Shown here: piece after piece, positions 1 to 10,899 of the stretch
Layout: every line of letters begins with the position of its first letter
Numbering within the stretch: the stretch's first letter is position 1
Source of the DNA: an uncultured Chloroflexia bacterium
Lineage (GTDB): Bacteria > Chloroflexota > Dehalococcoidia > GIF9 > UBA5629
NCBI GenBank assembly: GCA_963827985.1
Contig: CAWHDI010000023.1
Location: 26 to 64,025, forward strand
Length of the DNA: 64,000 nt
Reading direction: 5' to 3'
Program-made: the position numbers and the translations under genes
The notes under the pieces: model-generated
The model's database searches: none
What the model saw: only the letters and a program-made list of their open reading frames with translations
What the model was told of the DNA's origin: nothing

Positions 1-1041
1 GTAACCCATGATAATAAGCAATGTATTATTGAGCGTCGCATTGGCTCCAACCACTCATGCCTGTGAATAAAATCATGAGCATAGCCAGAGGGAAGGATTG
101 AAACTGTGCGGCCAGCGCCACACTACATCCGAAGGTAAAAACTAACGCCAACATCAGGACTCCCCTTTTTTTTACAGAGGTAAGTGAACCGGCAGCCAGG
201 CTGCCGATCAACGCCCCCAGACCCGCGGCTGTAAATAAAAACCCAGCCCTTTCTGGTCGAGTTTTAATGTGCCTACGGCCAGGGCCGGCATTATTAGAAG
301 ATGTATGGTACACAAAAAAATGACAGGACCGAGCCAAAATTATTACCAAAGCCTGAAACCAATCCCCAATGACTGAAAGGATAAACCGGAAACCATCCAC
401 CAGGGTCCAGGTGGAAAGCCCCTGTTGTGCCTGCCTGCTGCTTCCCTCTGCAGATCGTATAAAATGACAGAAGAACTGCTCCCTACTACGTAGAACCCGA
501 CAATTATGTAATAGACATGCTCAGGCTGCAAGAAAGTCAGCAGCAAACCGACGGCCGCCTGCGCGGCAATACACATTATATTGAAGCTGGTCGAGCTTAG
601 AGCTATGGCGCTCATCCCAAGGTTAGCCGGCTTTACCAGCCTGGGGGTGATAATTGATTGGCGCAAGGGTGCGATAAAGGCTGAAGGTGATTCCCTGAAG
701 AATAGCAAGTATTATGAAATGCCAGAACAACACTATTAGCTTGGTGGCTATCCAGCCATCTCGCGGTCATCAGAGCGATAAGGCCTGCGGATGGCCTGCG
801 TCACAAGGAGGAATTTCAACCTGTCCACGCGGTCCGCCACCACTCCCCTCAAAAGAATGAAATTATTACAAGGGGGGATGCTTCTGCGGTACAGACTAAG
901 TCCGAGATCGGCGGCCGAACCGGTCATATTGTAAACCGAGCCAGCCCTTTATCATGGCATCCATTTGTGAGGCCGCATAGGTAGACAGCGTGCTGATCCA
1001 TATCCACCGAAATCCTGTCTCGCTTAAAGACGAAAAAGAGC
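1..1041 (-). repeat. Left arm of ~1 kb inverted duplication (mirror copy of the MFS gene at 1068-2282); probable fold-back read artefact
   Basis: 961-1041 (ccatttgtgaggccgcataggtagacagcg...cgcttaaagacgaaaaagagc) is the reverse complement of 1100-1180; base 1 maps to ~2090; minus-strand ORFs 26..400 and 343..708 repeat peptides of plus-strand ORF 1544..2023 (LTFLQPEHVYYIIVGFYVVG, GALIGSLAAGSLTSVKKRGVLMLALVFTFGCSV). Confidence 0.85.
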
Positions 1042-1067
1042 AAAACAACTAACCGAGCCAAGCAGGT

Positions 1068-2282
1068 ATGACATAACAACATAAAAAGGTCACATATCGG
1101 CTCTTTTTCGTCTTTAAGCGAGACAGGATTTCGGTGGTACTGGATCAGCACGCTGTCTACCTATGCGGCCTCACAAATGGATGCCATGATAAAGGGCTGG
1201 CTGGTTTACAATATGACCGGTTCGGCCGCTGATCTCGGACTAGTCTGTCCGCGGCCGGCGTCCCCCTCGTAATAATTTCATTCTTTCGGGGAGTCGTGGC
1301 GGACCGCGTGGACAGGTTGAAATTCCTCCTCGTGACGCAGGCCATGGCCGGCCTTATTGCTCTGATAACCGCAGTTCTTCATAGCCACCAAGCTAATAGG
1401 TTGTGGCATTCATCATACTTGCTATTCTTCAGGGAATCACCTTCGCCTTTATCGCACCCTTGGCCAATCAGTAATACAGCCAGGCTCGAAAGCCGGCTAA
1501 CCTGATCAGCGCCATAGCTCTAAGCTCGACCAGCTTCAATATAATGTGTATTGCCGGGCCGGCGGCCGTCGGTTTGCTGCTGACTTTCTTGCAGCCTGAA
1601 CATGTCTATTACATAATTGTCGGGTTCTACGTAGTGGGAGCAGTTCTCTGTCATTTATCGATCTGCAGAGGGAAGCGGCCGCGACAGGGGCTTTCCACCT
1701 GGACCTGGTGGATGGTTTCCGGTTTATCGTGGCAGCCGTCAAATCGTTGTACTGCTGATGATTGCCCTCGTCCTGTCATTTTTTGTGTACCATACGTCTG
1801 TATGATGCCGGCGCTGGCCGTAGGCACATTAAAACTCGACCAGAAAGGGCTGGGTTTCCTGCTTGCGGCCGCAGGCATGGGGGCGTTGATCGGCAGCCTG
1901 GCTGCCGGTTCACTTACCTCTGTAAAAAAAAGGGGAGTCCTGATGTTGGCGTTAGTTTTTACCTTCGGATGTAGTGTGCGCTGGCCGCACAGTTCCAATC
2001 ATTCCCTCTGGCTATGCTCATGATTTTATTAGCCGGCATAAGTGGTACAGCCAATGCGACGCTCAATAATACATTGCTTCTACTGGGTACACCCCCTGCC
2101 CTGCATGGCCGGGTCATCAGCATATTTACTATGACTGCCGCCCTGATTCCCATCGGTGCGCTTCCCATGGGGGCGATGGCTGATTTTATTGGGATTCCCT
2201 CCACATTCCTGATAGCGGGTTCAATCGCCGTTGTGTTTGTCATCCTTTTATGGCGATTTGCTCCGGCTTCAAAAAGGTGTAA
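1068..2282 (+). CDS. MFS transporter (MFS_3/EntS-like), multiply frameshifted
   Basis: Stitched frames read GSFSSLSETGFRWYWISTLSTYAASQMDAMIKGWLVYNMTGS...ADRVDRLK...GRVISIFTM; hydrophobic TM segments; start and stop approximate. Confidence 0.7.
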
Positions 2283-2342
2283 CCGGGGGAAGTCTGCCTG
2301 GTGTATAATAGCGGCAGTGCGAATAAATGATTGTACAGGTTG

Positions 2343-3609
2343 ATGATGAGGCTTAAGAATGCTTCGCTTATCGTATTACTCGTGTCCCTTATTTTCACAT
2401 TGGTCTTTACATCATCTTCATGTACATCCGAAGTCAAACCCGTCGCCCAAGCAGAAAATCCTTAAGCTCGGATGCCTAATGCCATTCAGTGGTCCCGCAG
2501 CTATGTACGGGAGAAGGGCAAACAAATCACGGATGTTTACATTGAACTCCTCAACGAAGACGGCGGCGTAAAAATCGGCAACGATACTTATAAAGTTCAA
2601 CTCCTCTGGGGTGACGACCAGTATGCCCCGGCCCCGGCAGCCGCCGCGGCCAGGAAACTTATTTATGATGACCACGTCATTGCCATAGTTGGCTATATTG
2701 GTCCCGGATTTTCGGCGCTCAGCCCTGTTACCAACCCGGAAAAAGTGATTCTCATTTGCCGGACAGGCGGTGTCATATATAGTCCCCAAAAGGACCCATA
2801 TGTTATCTTTGGATCACCTACGGGTGAGGTTACTCTGAACCAGGCCCTCGCTGCAATGCAGGCGCACCCGGATCTTCATGTGCTGGCATGGACCGGCACG
2901 ATGGATGACCGCCGGATGGCGGAAGCGGCCTTCAAACCGGTTGATGACCGGCTTGAGAAGGAATTCGGTATCAAGAGCCTTCGCGATTTATTATCCGGTC
3001 GGCACTACAAATTTCACCCCGTATCTCACTAAAATGAAGGAAGAAGGCGCCCAGGTAATTGATGTAGGTGGTACCGTGCTGGAAGTGGCGCTCATGGCCA
3101 AGCAACGCTGGGAAATGGGATATAAATGCCCCATTGTTCAGTCGTCAGATAACCTGCTCGATATATATTTTAGTATCTGCGGCAAGGATGCTGCGCAAGG
3201 CATTATGGGCAACCGCAATAACCCTATGGAACTCAAGAAAGTCGTTGTGGCACAGAAATACTTGGACATGACCAATAGGATAGTGGAAAGGTTCCAGGAG
3301 AAATATGGTAAGCCAATCGATAATTATGGCGTGTTCTCCATGGCCATTGCGCATCTCTCCCAGTATTTTGAGTGTGCGCAGAGCATAGGCAGCATAGATC
3401 CCGATGCTATGATGAAGGCGTTCAAAGGCGGTACCTTTGATTCGTTCCTCGGCAGGTTTACATTCTCAGGCACCAAGACTTACGGAGCGCCCGTAGTTTT
3501 CGGCTATCCCTGCGCCATGGGCGAAGTACAGGGGGACAAAGATGTCTACCTGGCCGAATACCCGCTGATGGATGCCGATATGTGGTACGACTACTTTAAT
3601 ACAAAATAA
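2343..3609 (+). CDS. ABC branched-chain amino acid-type substrate-binding lipoprotein (Peripla_BP_6), frameshifted
   Basis: Signal peptide with Cys (VFTSSSC), KILKLGCLMPFSGPAA, NEDGGVKIG, YYPVGTTNFTPYLTKM; ORF pieces 2359-2571, 2472-3032, 2878-3609; paralog of 16448-17725. Confidence 0.8.
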
Positions 3610-3625
3610 CCGGTGGCCAGGGTTA

Positions 3626-4669
3626 TTACCTGGCCGGCCTCTTGCCTGTCACAAGGCCGCTTCCGCGATGCGGATTGCTCGCTATAAGTGAGACGTCCTT
3701 AAACCCCGCCCTTCGGACCACGTCGATCAACTCGTTAACCGTATAGGCGCCCAGCCACAGGTTGAACAACGCCGCCGGCAGTGGCCCGCTCCTGTCGTTA
3801 TCCATCAGGAAGTCGTGAACAATCAATAACCCTTCTGGCTGCAGGGCTCGCCTTGCCTGTTTCAATCGTACCTCGGCCTGGCTTGCCGGGCCGTGTAAAA
3901 CATTGGACAAAAGCAGGCAGTCGTAGCCTGCGCCGAACTCGTCCTTATGCCAATCGCCCTTTTGAACTTTTATACGCTCTTTCATTCCGAACTGATCGAT
4001 CAACTTGCGTGTGATGATGAGTGTGTCGGGCAGGTCCCACACAACTGCTTCTAAATCAGGAAAGCGCTGGCAGATTGCGATGCTGTATGTGCCTGGCCCC
4101 CCGGCCACGTCCAGCATCAGTTTGCGATCACTGAGATCAAGTTGGCTGGCCAGCCACTGTGCCGGCCCGTTCGCCGCTATACCGTGCATCGCCCATATCC
4201 AGTGCTCGAACATATGCTTTTGGAAATGTTCGGGTGGCGGAGGCGCCGAGCTACGTTTTCCCGTTCTCACTACTTGCGGAAGACCGGTAGCACCCCACCA
4301 CAGCATTTCATTGTGATCCAGAGTGCCGCCAGCATACCTGGAACTCTCCGGCAAAAATAGATCGGCCGCCAGTTTGTTCAGTGAGAAGATCTCGCCGTCG
4401 CGCTTCAGCACACCCAGGGCGCAGCAGACTGTAAGCAGCTTCTCTGTCATAGGCACGTCTGAGCCGCATTTTTTCGCCACACCTGCGGCTTTGCCCGGCT
4501 TTCGCAGTGCTTCAAAGAAACCCAATTGGTGGGCTGTCATCAGGGACCTGGACGCGCGAAACTGCCAGTTCAATTCAAGCAGGTTTGATGCTTGCTCGAG
4601 ATTGTCGACGTCGAAGAGGTCCACGCCGCGGCTTTCTTTTATCTTACTTTCTACCAACTTTTTCGCCAT
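3626..4669 (-). CDS. SAM-dependent O-methyltransferase (Methyltransf_2 with dimerisation domain)
   Basis: 347 aa; MLDVAGGPG SAM motif, VWDLP, GDW, LLSNVLH; N-terminal winged-helix dimerisation region; RBS ggagg. Confidence 0.85.
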   Translation of the reverse strand: MAKKLVESKIKESRGVDLFDVDNLEQASNLLELNWQFRASRSLMTAHQLGFFEALRKPGKAAGVAKKCGSDVPMTEKLLTVCCALGVLKRDGEIFSLNKLAADLFLPESSRYAGGTLDHNEMLWWGATGLPQVVRTGKRSSAPPPPEHFQKHMFEHWIWAMHGIAANGPAQWLASQLDLSDRKLMLDVAGGPGTYSIAICQRFPDLEAVVWDLPDTLIITRKLIDQFGMKERIKVQKGDWHKDEFGAGYDCLLLSNVLHGPASQAEVRLKQARRALQPEGLLIVHDFLMDNDRSGPLPAALFNLWLGAYTVNELIDVVRRAGFKDVSLIASNPHRGSGLVTGKRPAR

Positions 4670-4723
4670 ATTGCCGCCTCCCTCCTTCTCACTGATAAGT
4701 CATCGGTATCGGACTCTTGAATA

Positions 4724-4816
4724 ATGCTAGGCTTTAGTGAACGTGTTGTCAAAAGCAGGACAGTATAAAAAGGGTCGCCATTAATAATTGCAAATGAAGG
4801 TCTCCTATAGTATGCT
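4724..4816. promoter_or_regulatory. Divergent sigma70-type promoters
   Basis: Minus: TTGACA(4752-4747)-17-TAGCAT(4729-4724); plus: TTGCAA(4788-4793)-17-TATGCT(4811-4816). Confidence 0.55.
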
Positions 4817-4924
4817 TTTCAACGTAAGTTCCACAGGATAATCCATCCCGGTTAACAGCTTCAGGGCCTGCATACAGCTACTTGGATCAAATAGTAACAG
4901 ACCGGACTATTTAAGGAGTAGAAA

Positions 4925-5629
4925 ATGCCCAAGCAATATGGCCACGATGAGATCCTCTCACTTTGTACCCGTCTGGAAAAAACCTATACACCGGCAGTAG
5001 CAGATACTCTGGACGATATGGGCTTCATGAACCAGTCACTGGAATCCGGCTTTGCTCCTATTATCCCGGATGCTGTCATGGCTGGACCCGCTTACACGCT
5101 CGAAGAAGCCAAGACCAAAAAGTCCACGAAACTCGCTGAGTATGATCCCAGCTTTGTGGCCCAGGCTCTGAACGCGGTGTTCGGAAGTATGAAGAAGGGC
5201 CAGATTATCGCCGTCACAGCCAACGGCTTCTGGGGAGCGGGCGCTTTCGGCGAGTTGATGGCCACGACTTCCAGGTACATTGGAGGTGTCAAGGCCGCTG
5301 TCGTGGACGGTCCAATTCGCGACATAAGTAGGATCCTCGAAATTGATTTTCCAGTTTGGGCCCGGGGTAATATACCTACCGATTCGATAGGCCGCGTTGA
5401 TTTAATCGGTGTGGGCAACCCAATTTTCTGCGGCGGCGTACGTATTAACCCGGGTGATATTATCTTTGCAGACAGGGACGGTGTGGTGGTCATCCCTCAG
5501 CCTGACGTTGATCTTGAAGAGGTCGTTGTTAAGGCGGAAGAAATAGTTGCTGCGGAGCGCAGGTCGAGGCTAGAGATCAGGGGTGGTATGTCATTGCCTG
5601 ATGTTTATAAAAAATATGGGAAGTTGTGA
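4925..5629 (+). CDS. RraA family / 4-hydroxy-4-methyl-2-oxoglutarate (HMG) aldolase-like protein
   Basis: TPAVADTLD, GAFGELMAT, VVDGPIRD, FPVWARG, INPGDIIFADRDGVVVIP motifs. Confidence 0.85.
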   Translation: MPKQYGHDEILSLCTRLEKTYTPAVADTLDDMGFMNQSLESGFAPIIPDAVMAGPAYTLEEAKTKKSTKLAEYDPSFVAQALNAVFGSMKKGQIIAVTANGFWGAGAFGELMATTSRYIGGVKAAVVDGPIRDISRILEIDFPVWARGNIPTDSIGRVDLIGVGNPIFCGGVRINPGDIIFADRDGVVVIPQPDVDLEEVVVKAEEIVAAERRSRLEIRGGMSLPDVYKKYGKL

Positions 5630-7266
5630 AAAAGATGGTTAAAAAAGAACGTATCAGCAAGAGTCTGCTTAATAATACCGACCGCCTGGCAACCGCCATG
5701 GTCCGGGCGGAGATGATTAAAGCCTGTGGCGTTCCTCTCAAGGATTTGGAAGATAGGCCTCTGATTGGCATAGTGAATTCATGGAATGAGGTGCTTCCCG
5801 GACATCTTCACTTACGTGAAGTTGCACGGTTCGTGAAGGATGGGGTCCTGATGGCTGGCGGGATACCCCTGGAATTCAATACTATCGCTCCATGCGACGG
5901 CTATTCCAACGGTCTCGATGGGATGAAGTATGTATTGCCCATGAGGGATATCATCGCCGACGCCATAGAGACTATGACGCATGCCCACTGCTTCGACGGC
6001 CTGGTGTTTTTGTCCAGCTGCGACAAAATCGTTCCCGGTCAACTCATCGCAGCGGCCCGTCTTAACTTGCCCTCCATATTTGTCACCGGCGGCCCGATGC
6101 TTCCGTTCAATGAGTTCGCTCCCAAGGGTACTCCTCCCATAATGTCCATGATTAGCTGTCCCGGGCCCGGCGCCTGCAGCGGAATGGGCACGGCCAATTC
6201 CATGCAATTCCTTGTAGAAGCTATGGGCATGTCATTGCCCAACAGCGCCGTTACGCATGCAGTCCATAACCAGAAGTACCTGATGGCCCGCGAAAGCGGA
6301 AAACGCATCGTTTCCATGGTGAACGAATCTTTATCGCCGCGTGATATCCTGACCGGCGATGCTTTTCATAACGCGCTTGTCACTACTGCAGCTGCAGGTT
6401 GCTCTACTAATGTGACGATCCATCTCCTGGCGCTTGCGACTGAACTCGGCATTTCTTTGGAACTGGCCGACTTCGATCGTATATCGAAGCAGGTCCCACA
6501 CATATTGGGCGTATATCCATCGGGACCGTACTTTTTGCTGGATGTGTATAAGGCCGGTGGATTGCCGGCAATGTTGAATAAACTGAAGGGCCATTTGAAA
6601 AACGATGTGGTGACGGTTACCGGTAAAACACTTGCAGAAAACAATGCGCCGTTTGCTTGCGCAGACGATGACGTAATACGTAATCTCGATAACCCGTATC
6701 ACAGTGAAGGCGGGCTGGCAATTTTAAAAGGCAGCCTTTCGCCCACAGGGGCCGTCGTCAAGAGCTCGGGCGTGCCGGAAAACATGATGGTTTTCTCCGG
6801 ACCAGCCAGGATCTTTGACAGTGAAGAGCAGGCTATCGAAGCTGCCCTGAACAAAGAGTTCAAAGCAGGCGATGTTATAGTTATCCGTTATGAGGGACCG
6901 AAGGGAGGTCCGGGCATGAGGGAGATGCTCACGGTTACAGAGCTGCTATTTCAGCTGAGTTTGGGTGATAAAGTGGCCCTGGTCACTGATGGTCGCTTTT
7001 CGGGCTTTAGCCATGGTCCCGCTATCGGTCACGTGACCCCGGAGGCTTTTAACGGCGGTCCCCTGGCGCTGGCCAAGGATGGTGACATAATCAAGATAGA
7101 TATACCGGGGCGTAAGTTGGATCTGTCAGTCTCATCCGGTGAGCTTGAGAAACGACGTGCAAATTGGAAGAGGCCGGCACGCACTCTGACGGGGCACCTG
7201 AAGAAGTATGCAGCGCTGGTTTCCGAGGCGGATAAAGGCTGTACGGTAATGCCCGCCGATATCTAG
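5626..7266 (+). CDS. IlvD/Edd family dihydroxy-acid / sugar-acid dehydratase
   Basis: CDG, SCDKIVPG, CPGPGACSGMGTANSM, STN, IRYEGPKGGPGMREM, TDGRFSG, GHVTPEA; overlaps upstream stop (GTGA). Confidence 0.9.
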   Translation: MKKMVKKERISKSLLNNTDRLATAMVRAEMIKACGVPLKDLEDRPLIGIVNSWNEVLPGHLHLREVARFVKDGVLMAGGIPLEFNTIAPCDGYSNGLDGMKYVLPMRDIIADAIETMTHAHCFDGLVFLSSCDKIVPGQLIAAARLNLPSIFVTGGPMLPFNEFAPKGTPPIMSMISCPGPGACSGMGTANSMQFLVEAMGMSLPNSAVTHAVHNQKYLMARESGKRIVSMVNESLSPRDILTGDAFHNALVTTAAAGCSTNVTIHLLALATELGISLELADFDRISKQVPHILGVYPSGPYFLLDVYKAGGLPAMLNKLKGHLKNDVVTVTGKTLAENNAPFACADDDVIRNLDNPYHSEGGLAILKGSLSPTGAVVKSSGVPENMMVFSGPARIFDSEEQAIEAALNKEFKAGDVIVIRYEGPKGGPGMREMLTVTELLFQLSLGDKVALVTDGRFSGFSHGPAIGHVTPEAFNGGPLALAKDGDIIKIDIPGRKLDLSVSSGELEKRRANWKRPARTLTGHLKKYAALVSEADKGCTVMPADI

Positions 7267-7371
7267 GTAATTTCCAGGCCGGGCCCTGCGAAAAAATCGA
7301 ACGATCGAGGCGCAATCTTTCATATGGTTGTCACACGCAATCTAACGTTGAGGTAGAGGTAGGTTTGCAAC

Positions 7372-8670
7372 ATGGACAACAGTAAAGTCGCGACCGAACA
7401 AACGGTAACCAACGGCCAGAGAAACTACGTATTCATTCTTCTGTTCATTTTGATGCTGTGTGATCAGGCGGACAGGATGGTGATCTCCTCACTTTTCCCT
7501 TACATTCAGAAGGACTGGGGGATTTCCGATCTGGAATGCGGCCTTCTGATATCTATGTTTTACTGGGCCGCTGTTATTTGCGTTTTCCCCGCTTCAATTT
7601 TAGTGGACCGCTGGAGCCGTAAGAAAAGCATTGGGATTCTCTCGATAATCTGGAGTATAGCTTCGTTTGCCGGCGCTTTTACGCTCAATTTCAGACAACT
7701 GCTCACCACCAGGACGATCATTGGAGTCGGTGAAGCCGGGTATGGACCGGCCGGGGCAGCCATGCTTTCCTGGCTTTACCCCCTGGAAAAGCGAGCGAGG
7801 ATTTTCGGTATCTGGAATGCTGCACAGCCGCTGGGCATGGCGGTTGGCGTAGCTCTCGGCGGTATCATAGCCGTAAACTTGGGATGGAGGCACGCTTTCG
7901 GCATAGTTGCCATACCCGGCTTGATCGCAGCCATACTTTTCTTCTTTGCCAAGGATTATAAGTCGGTGGCCCTGGAGAAAACAGTTGCCGGGTCGGGTAC
8001 CGAGGCCGCTTCGAAGCTTAAAATGAAGGCCAAGGACGTAGCCAAAGAATTCCTGGGCACACCGACTCTGATACTCACCTATCTCGGCTTTGCCGGCGTA
8101 ATCTTTGTAGTCACGGCAATATCTACCTGGCTCCCCAGCTATTTTCATCGTATATCAGGCATGCCGCAGGACCAGGCCAGCCTGAAGGCCAGCCTCGTGC
8201 TTGTACTCTCCATGGTGGGCTTCTTCATCGGCGGTTTCTTCTCAGATATGTGGGTCAAAAAGAAGTTGAACTCCCGCCCGCTGTTTGCTGCCATCACCAC
8301 GCTCGTATCCGCCCTGCTGGTTTTCATCGCATTCTCCCTGACAGGGGACGCTCAGTACGCAGTGCTTATCGTAATGGGAGTATTGATCACGACCTTTGCG
8401 CCGGCCGGTTTAGCTGTGGTGCAGGAAGTCGTTCACCCCGGTCTGCGAGGCATGTCCTATGCCTTTGCAGTGCTATGCATGAACCTGCTGGGCGGTTCAC
8501 TGGGGCCCATCGTGGTAGGTTCGATTTCCGATGCTTCTAATCTTCAGACGGCGATGCTCACGCTTCCCATCTTCCTCGTTTTTGCTGCTGCACTATTCTT
8601 TGCCGCTTCCTTTTTCTATGTGCGTGATTTCAACAAGGTCGAGAAGGTTGCCCTTGAAGTGGAAGCCTGA
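7372..8670 (+). CDS. MFS transporter (spinster-like)
   Basis: 432 aa, ~12 TM; DQADR, LVDRWSRK, RTIIGVGEAGY motifs. Confidence 0.9.
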   Translation: MDNSKVATEQTVTNGQRNYVFILLFILMLCDQADRMVISSLFPYIQKDWGISDLECGLLISMFYWAAVICVFPASILVDRWSRKKSIGILSIIWSIASFAGAFTLNFRQLLTTRTIIGVGEAGYGPAGAAMLSWLYPLEKRARIFGIWNAAQPLGMAVGVALGGIIAVNLGWRHAFGIVAIPGLIAAILFFFAKDYKSVALEKTVAGSGTEAASKLKMKAKDVAKEFLGTPTLILTYLGFAGVIFVVTAISTWLPSYFHRISGMPQDQASLKASLVLVLSMVGFFIGGFFSDMWVKKKLNSRPLFAAITTLVSALLVFIAFSLTGDAQYAVLIVMGVLITTFAPAGLAVVQEVVHPGLRGMSYAFAVLCMNLLGGSLGPIVVGSISDASNLQTAMLTLPIFLVFAAALFFAASFFYVRDFNKVEKVALEVEA

Positions 8671-8729
8671 TTGATGGTTAGGATTATGCTGCATCTCTAA
8701 GGGGCTCGAATAGCAGGGGGATAGTTGAT

Positions 8730-9695
8730 ATGAAAATACTTATTACCGGCAGTTCCGGGTACCTGGGCAGGAATACAGTCAGGATGGCTCTCGAGAGAGG
8801 CCATGACGTCGTAGGACTGGATATTAAGTCATCAGGAGTTACCCACGTTTCCTTCAAGGAGTTCACAGGGGATATAACAGACCTTCAGACCGTAAAGCAG
8901 GCAGCAACCGGATGCAAGGCGGTATTTCATCTGGCCGCTGCTTTGGCCCAGTTCGAGCATGACGAAAAACGCATGCATGAGATAAACGTAAGAGGGACGG
9001 AAAATGCTTTGGTGGCCGCGTTTGAAATCCGGGCAAAGAAGTTTATTTACACTTCTTCTGTAGAAGTTTATGGAATAGATGTTCCTGTTCCCTGTACGGA
9101 AGAAGCGCCGATCGCTCCCATTTGTCAATACGGAAGAGATAAAGTTGAAAGCGAGAATCTTTGCCGGGAATATTTGGCAAAGGGATTGGACATTACTATT
9201 TTCCGCCCTCCTACTATTAACGGACCGGGCCAAAATGAGCCCTTCCTTGTATCACAGATGGAGGGGATTTCGCAGGGGAAGGCCACACTGCTTCCGGGAG
9301 GAGGCAAAACCAGGCTTCAGATGGTCGATGTAGATGATGTCTCGGCAGCATTTTTCCGGGCCATGGAGGTCCCGGCATCGAAGGGCGCGGTGATGAACCT
9401 GGGAAGTGATAACGTCCCGACTTTGCGGGCTATGGCCGAAGCTCTCTACAAACATGCCGGGAAGCCTTCCAAATTCATAATCATAAATGCTTCAGTGGCG
9501 CGGGCAATCGTCTCAGTGTTGGCTGCCCTGCACGTGTCTCCCATAGAGCCACAGCACCTGGAAATAGCGCTGCGAGATTATGTATTCGATAGTTCGCGAG
9601 CTAAAGATATACTCGGATGGAAGCCTGCCAGAGATGACATTCAGTCGTCCATAGCTGCCTACGACTATCAACTGAAAAAATTGTCAGGGTCATGA
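8730..9695 (+). CDS. NAD-dependent epimerase/dehydratase (extended SDR)
   Basis: ILITGSSGYLG, VFHLAA, YTSSVEVYG, YGRDK (YxxxK). Confidence 0.9.
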   Translation: MKILITGSSGYLGRNTVRMALERGHDVVGLDIKSSGVTHVSFKEFTGDITDLQTVKQAATGCKAVFHLAAALAQFEHDEKRMHEINVRGTENALVAAFEIRAKKFIYTSSVEVYGIDVPVPCTEEAPIAPICQYGRDKVESENLCREYLAKGLDITIFRPPTINGPGQNEPFLVSQMEGISQGKATLLPGGGKTRLQMVDVDDVSAAFFRAMEVPASKGAVMNLGSDNVPTLRAMAEALYKHAGKPSKFIIINASVARAIVSVLAALHVSPIEPQHLEIALRDYVFDSSRAKDILGWKPARDDIQSSIAAYDYQLKKLSGS

Positions 9696-9738
9696 CGGTT
9701 CTGGAGCACATTTTACGATTAACAGGAGGTTGTAATTC

Positions 9739-10890
9739 ATGGCTGGAGACAAAGTAAAAGCCGCCGTAATGACGGAATTCGAAAAAATTGAGGTGCAGTA
9801 TTTCCCTAAACCTGCGATATCCAAAGACAGCGCGCTCGTAAAAATGAAAATGTGCGGCATTTGCGGCACGGATAAACACCTTTTTCATGGCCTGCCTCCT
9901 GCCCCGCTTTTTGTAAAACGTCCTTTGATACTCGGTCATGAAAATCTCGGAATCATCGAAGAGGTCGGGGATGAAGCTAAAAAGAAGATGGCCGTTCAGG
10001 GTGGTGAGATCAGTCCCGGTGATCGTGTAACCTGGTATGCCGGTATCCCCTGCGGCGAATGCTGGTATTGCCGCTTCCTGCCTTCTAATCACGCCGCCAC
10101 GCTCTGTCCCAATGCCAAAGGGTACGGCCAAAATATGTGTGCAGCCGACCCTCCCCATCTTTTTGGGGGTTATTCTGAGTATTGCTACCTGCTGCCTGGC
10201 GTGTGGGTATATAAGATTCCGGATGATATGCCGGACAAGGTGGCAGTGCTCACCGATATTTTTGCGGCTACCATCGGCGTACGTAAGGGAATGATGCCCT
10301 ACCCGGTGCTGAAAGAAGGATTCGGTCCCGGCGATACTGCTGTCATTCTGGGGTCCGGTCCTATAGGGATGGCTGCCGGAATAACTGCACGTTTGGCTGG
10401 TGCTTACCGTGTCATATTGGTAGGCGGTATCAAGGAAAGGCTTAAGCTGGCAGAAGAATTGGGGGTCTTCGACCACATCGTTGATATCGAGCAAATGCCG
10501 GATGCAGATGAGCGCGCTTTTTATGTGCTTTCGCTTACTCCCGGCGAAGTTGGACCGGATATGGTCGTGGATTGTACGGGCTCTCCTCACGCGGTTCCCC
10601 AGGGTCTTAGCATGCTGCGCCGCGGCGGCACATTTGTTGAATTGGGGAATTTCCTGGATACTGGCACTACCACGATAAATCCATTCATGCACTTGTGCTT
10701 TAAAGATGTGATACTGGTGGGACAGTGGTCCTGCCCTCCACAATCCTTCGACAATGCGCTCAAATTGATGGAGCTCGCCATGAAACGCGGCATACCTCTT
10801 GAAAAAATAGTCACGCACAGCTACAAGATTGAGCAAGCTGGCGAGGCTTTGCTTTCGGACGTCTACATGAAAGGTATTATAACTCCGTGA
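9739..10890 (+). CDS. Zinc-binding medium-chain alcohol/sugar dehydrogenase
   Basis: CGICGTD, LGHE, CGECWYC...C structural Zn, GSGPIG. Confidence 0.9.
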   Translation: MAGDKVKAAVMTEFEKIEVQYFPKPAISKDSALVKMKMCGICGTDKHLFHGLPPAPLFVKRPLILGHENLGIIEEVGDEAKKKMAVQGGEISPGDRVTWYAGIPCGECWYCRFLPSNHAATLCPNAKGYGQNMCAADPPHLFGGYSEYCYLLPGVWVYKIPDDMPDKVAVLTDIFAATIGVRKGMMPYPVLKEGFGPGDTAVILGSGPIGMAAGITARLAGAYRVILVGGIKERLKLAEELGVFDHIVDIEQMPDADERAFYVLSLTPGEVGPDMVVDCTGSPHAVPQGLSMLRRGGTFVELGNFLDTGTTTINPFMHLCFKDVILVGQWSCPPQSFDNALKLMELAMKRGIPLEKIVTHSYKIEQAGEALLSDVYMKGIITP

Positions 10891-10899
10891 GGTGAAGGC

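Noticed and set aside
1-1100. Hairpin telomere of a linear replicon
   Set aside because: Arms differ by many indels, the mirror covers an ordinary MFS gene and no protelomerase is present; fold-back artefact is more parsimonious.
9601-10836. Long antisense ORFs (e.g. 9601-10836, 26258-27241, 11856-12605, 39149-39766 upstream part)
   Set aside because: Shadow frames of well-supported genes on the opposite strand with no motifs or RBS.
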